In this document: positions 63,725 to 64,000 of the stretch, one piece after another | Layout: every line of letters starts with the position of its first letter | Numbering within the stretch: position 1 is the stretch's first letter | DNA from: Octopus vulgaris | Lineage: Eukaryota | Direction: 5' to 3' | Length of the DNA stretch: 64,000 bases | Assembly: GCA_951406725.2 (NCBI GenBank) | Contig: OX597828.1 | Span: 50,096,001-50,160,000 of the forward strand | The notes under the pieces: generated by a model | Seen by the model: only the letters and a program-made list of their open reading frames with translations | What the model was told of the DNA's origin: nothing | Databases searched by the model: none | Made by a program: the position numbers and the translations under genes

Positions 63725-64000
63725 CTTCTATCTGTAAATGTTCTAAAATCTACCCAGCCTTGTTTTATTTTTTATCCCATTAAGAAATAACATTCTTATA
63801 TACACACGCTGACATATGACCAACGTTGAACCCCTTATTCACATAATCACCGAACTTGGAACTTAACTGCGCTCCATCTATAGCACTTATTCAGCATTAC
63901 CTGACACCTTTGGGTCTCAACGACACCATTATCTCTCATAACCTATATATTTTATTAACAAATCTCATTTCTGCCCTAACTGTTGCGCCCTCAGATTCAC

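Overview
Repeat-dominated, AT-rich animal DNA with no host exon I can support. The tRNA-derived SINE families and huge microsatellites suggest an octopus-type cephalopod genome (inference). Almost all ORF-track entries are microsatellite artefacts. Real coding remnants are all transposon-derived: a 5'-truncated but uninterrupted Penelope-like element (RT + C-terminal GIY-YIG, 1798-2945) with a ~3 kb CA-rich 3' region, decayed Penelope-like RT pieces, R4/Dong, Tx1/L1, CR1, RTE and Hero-like LINE fragments, and mariner remnants. Hidden structure: (1) type I hammerhead-ribozyme motifs from at least four sequence families, usually with palindromic stem III and often a CCGANGA core, in cassettes ending at (TA)n, plus TA-anchored fold-back inversions; (2) retroelements partitioned by target: Penelope-like at (TA)n, Dong at (TAA)n, Tx1 at (TCTA)n; (3) a SINE subfamily that shares its 3' tail with the Tx1 LINE and repeatedly inserts next to GGTA with target-site duplications. 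All calls were made by eye; coordinates are approximate.
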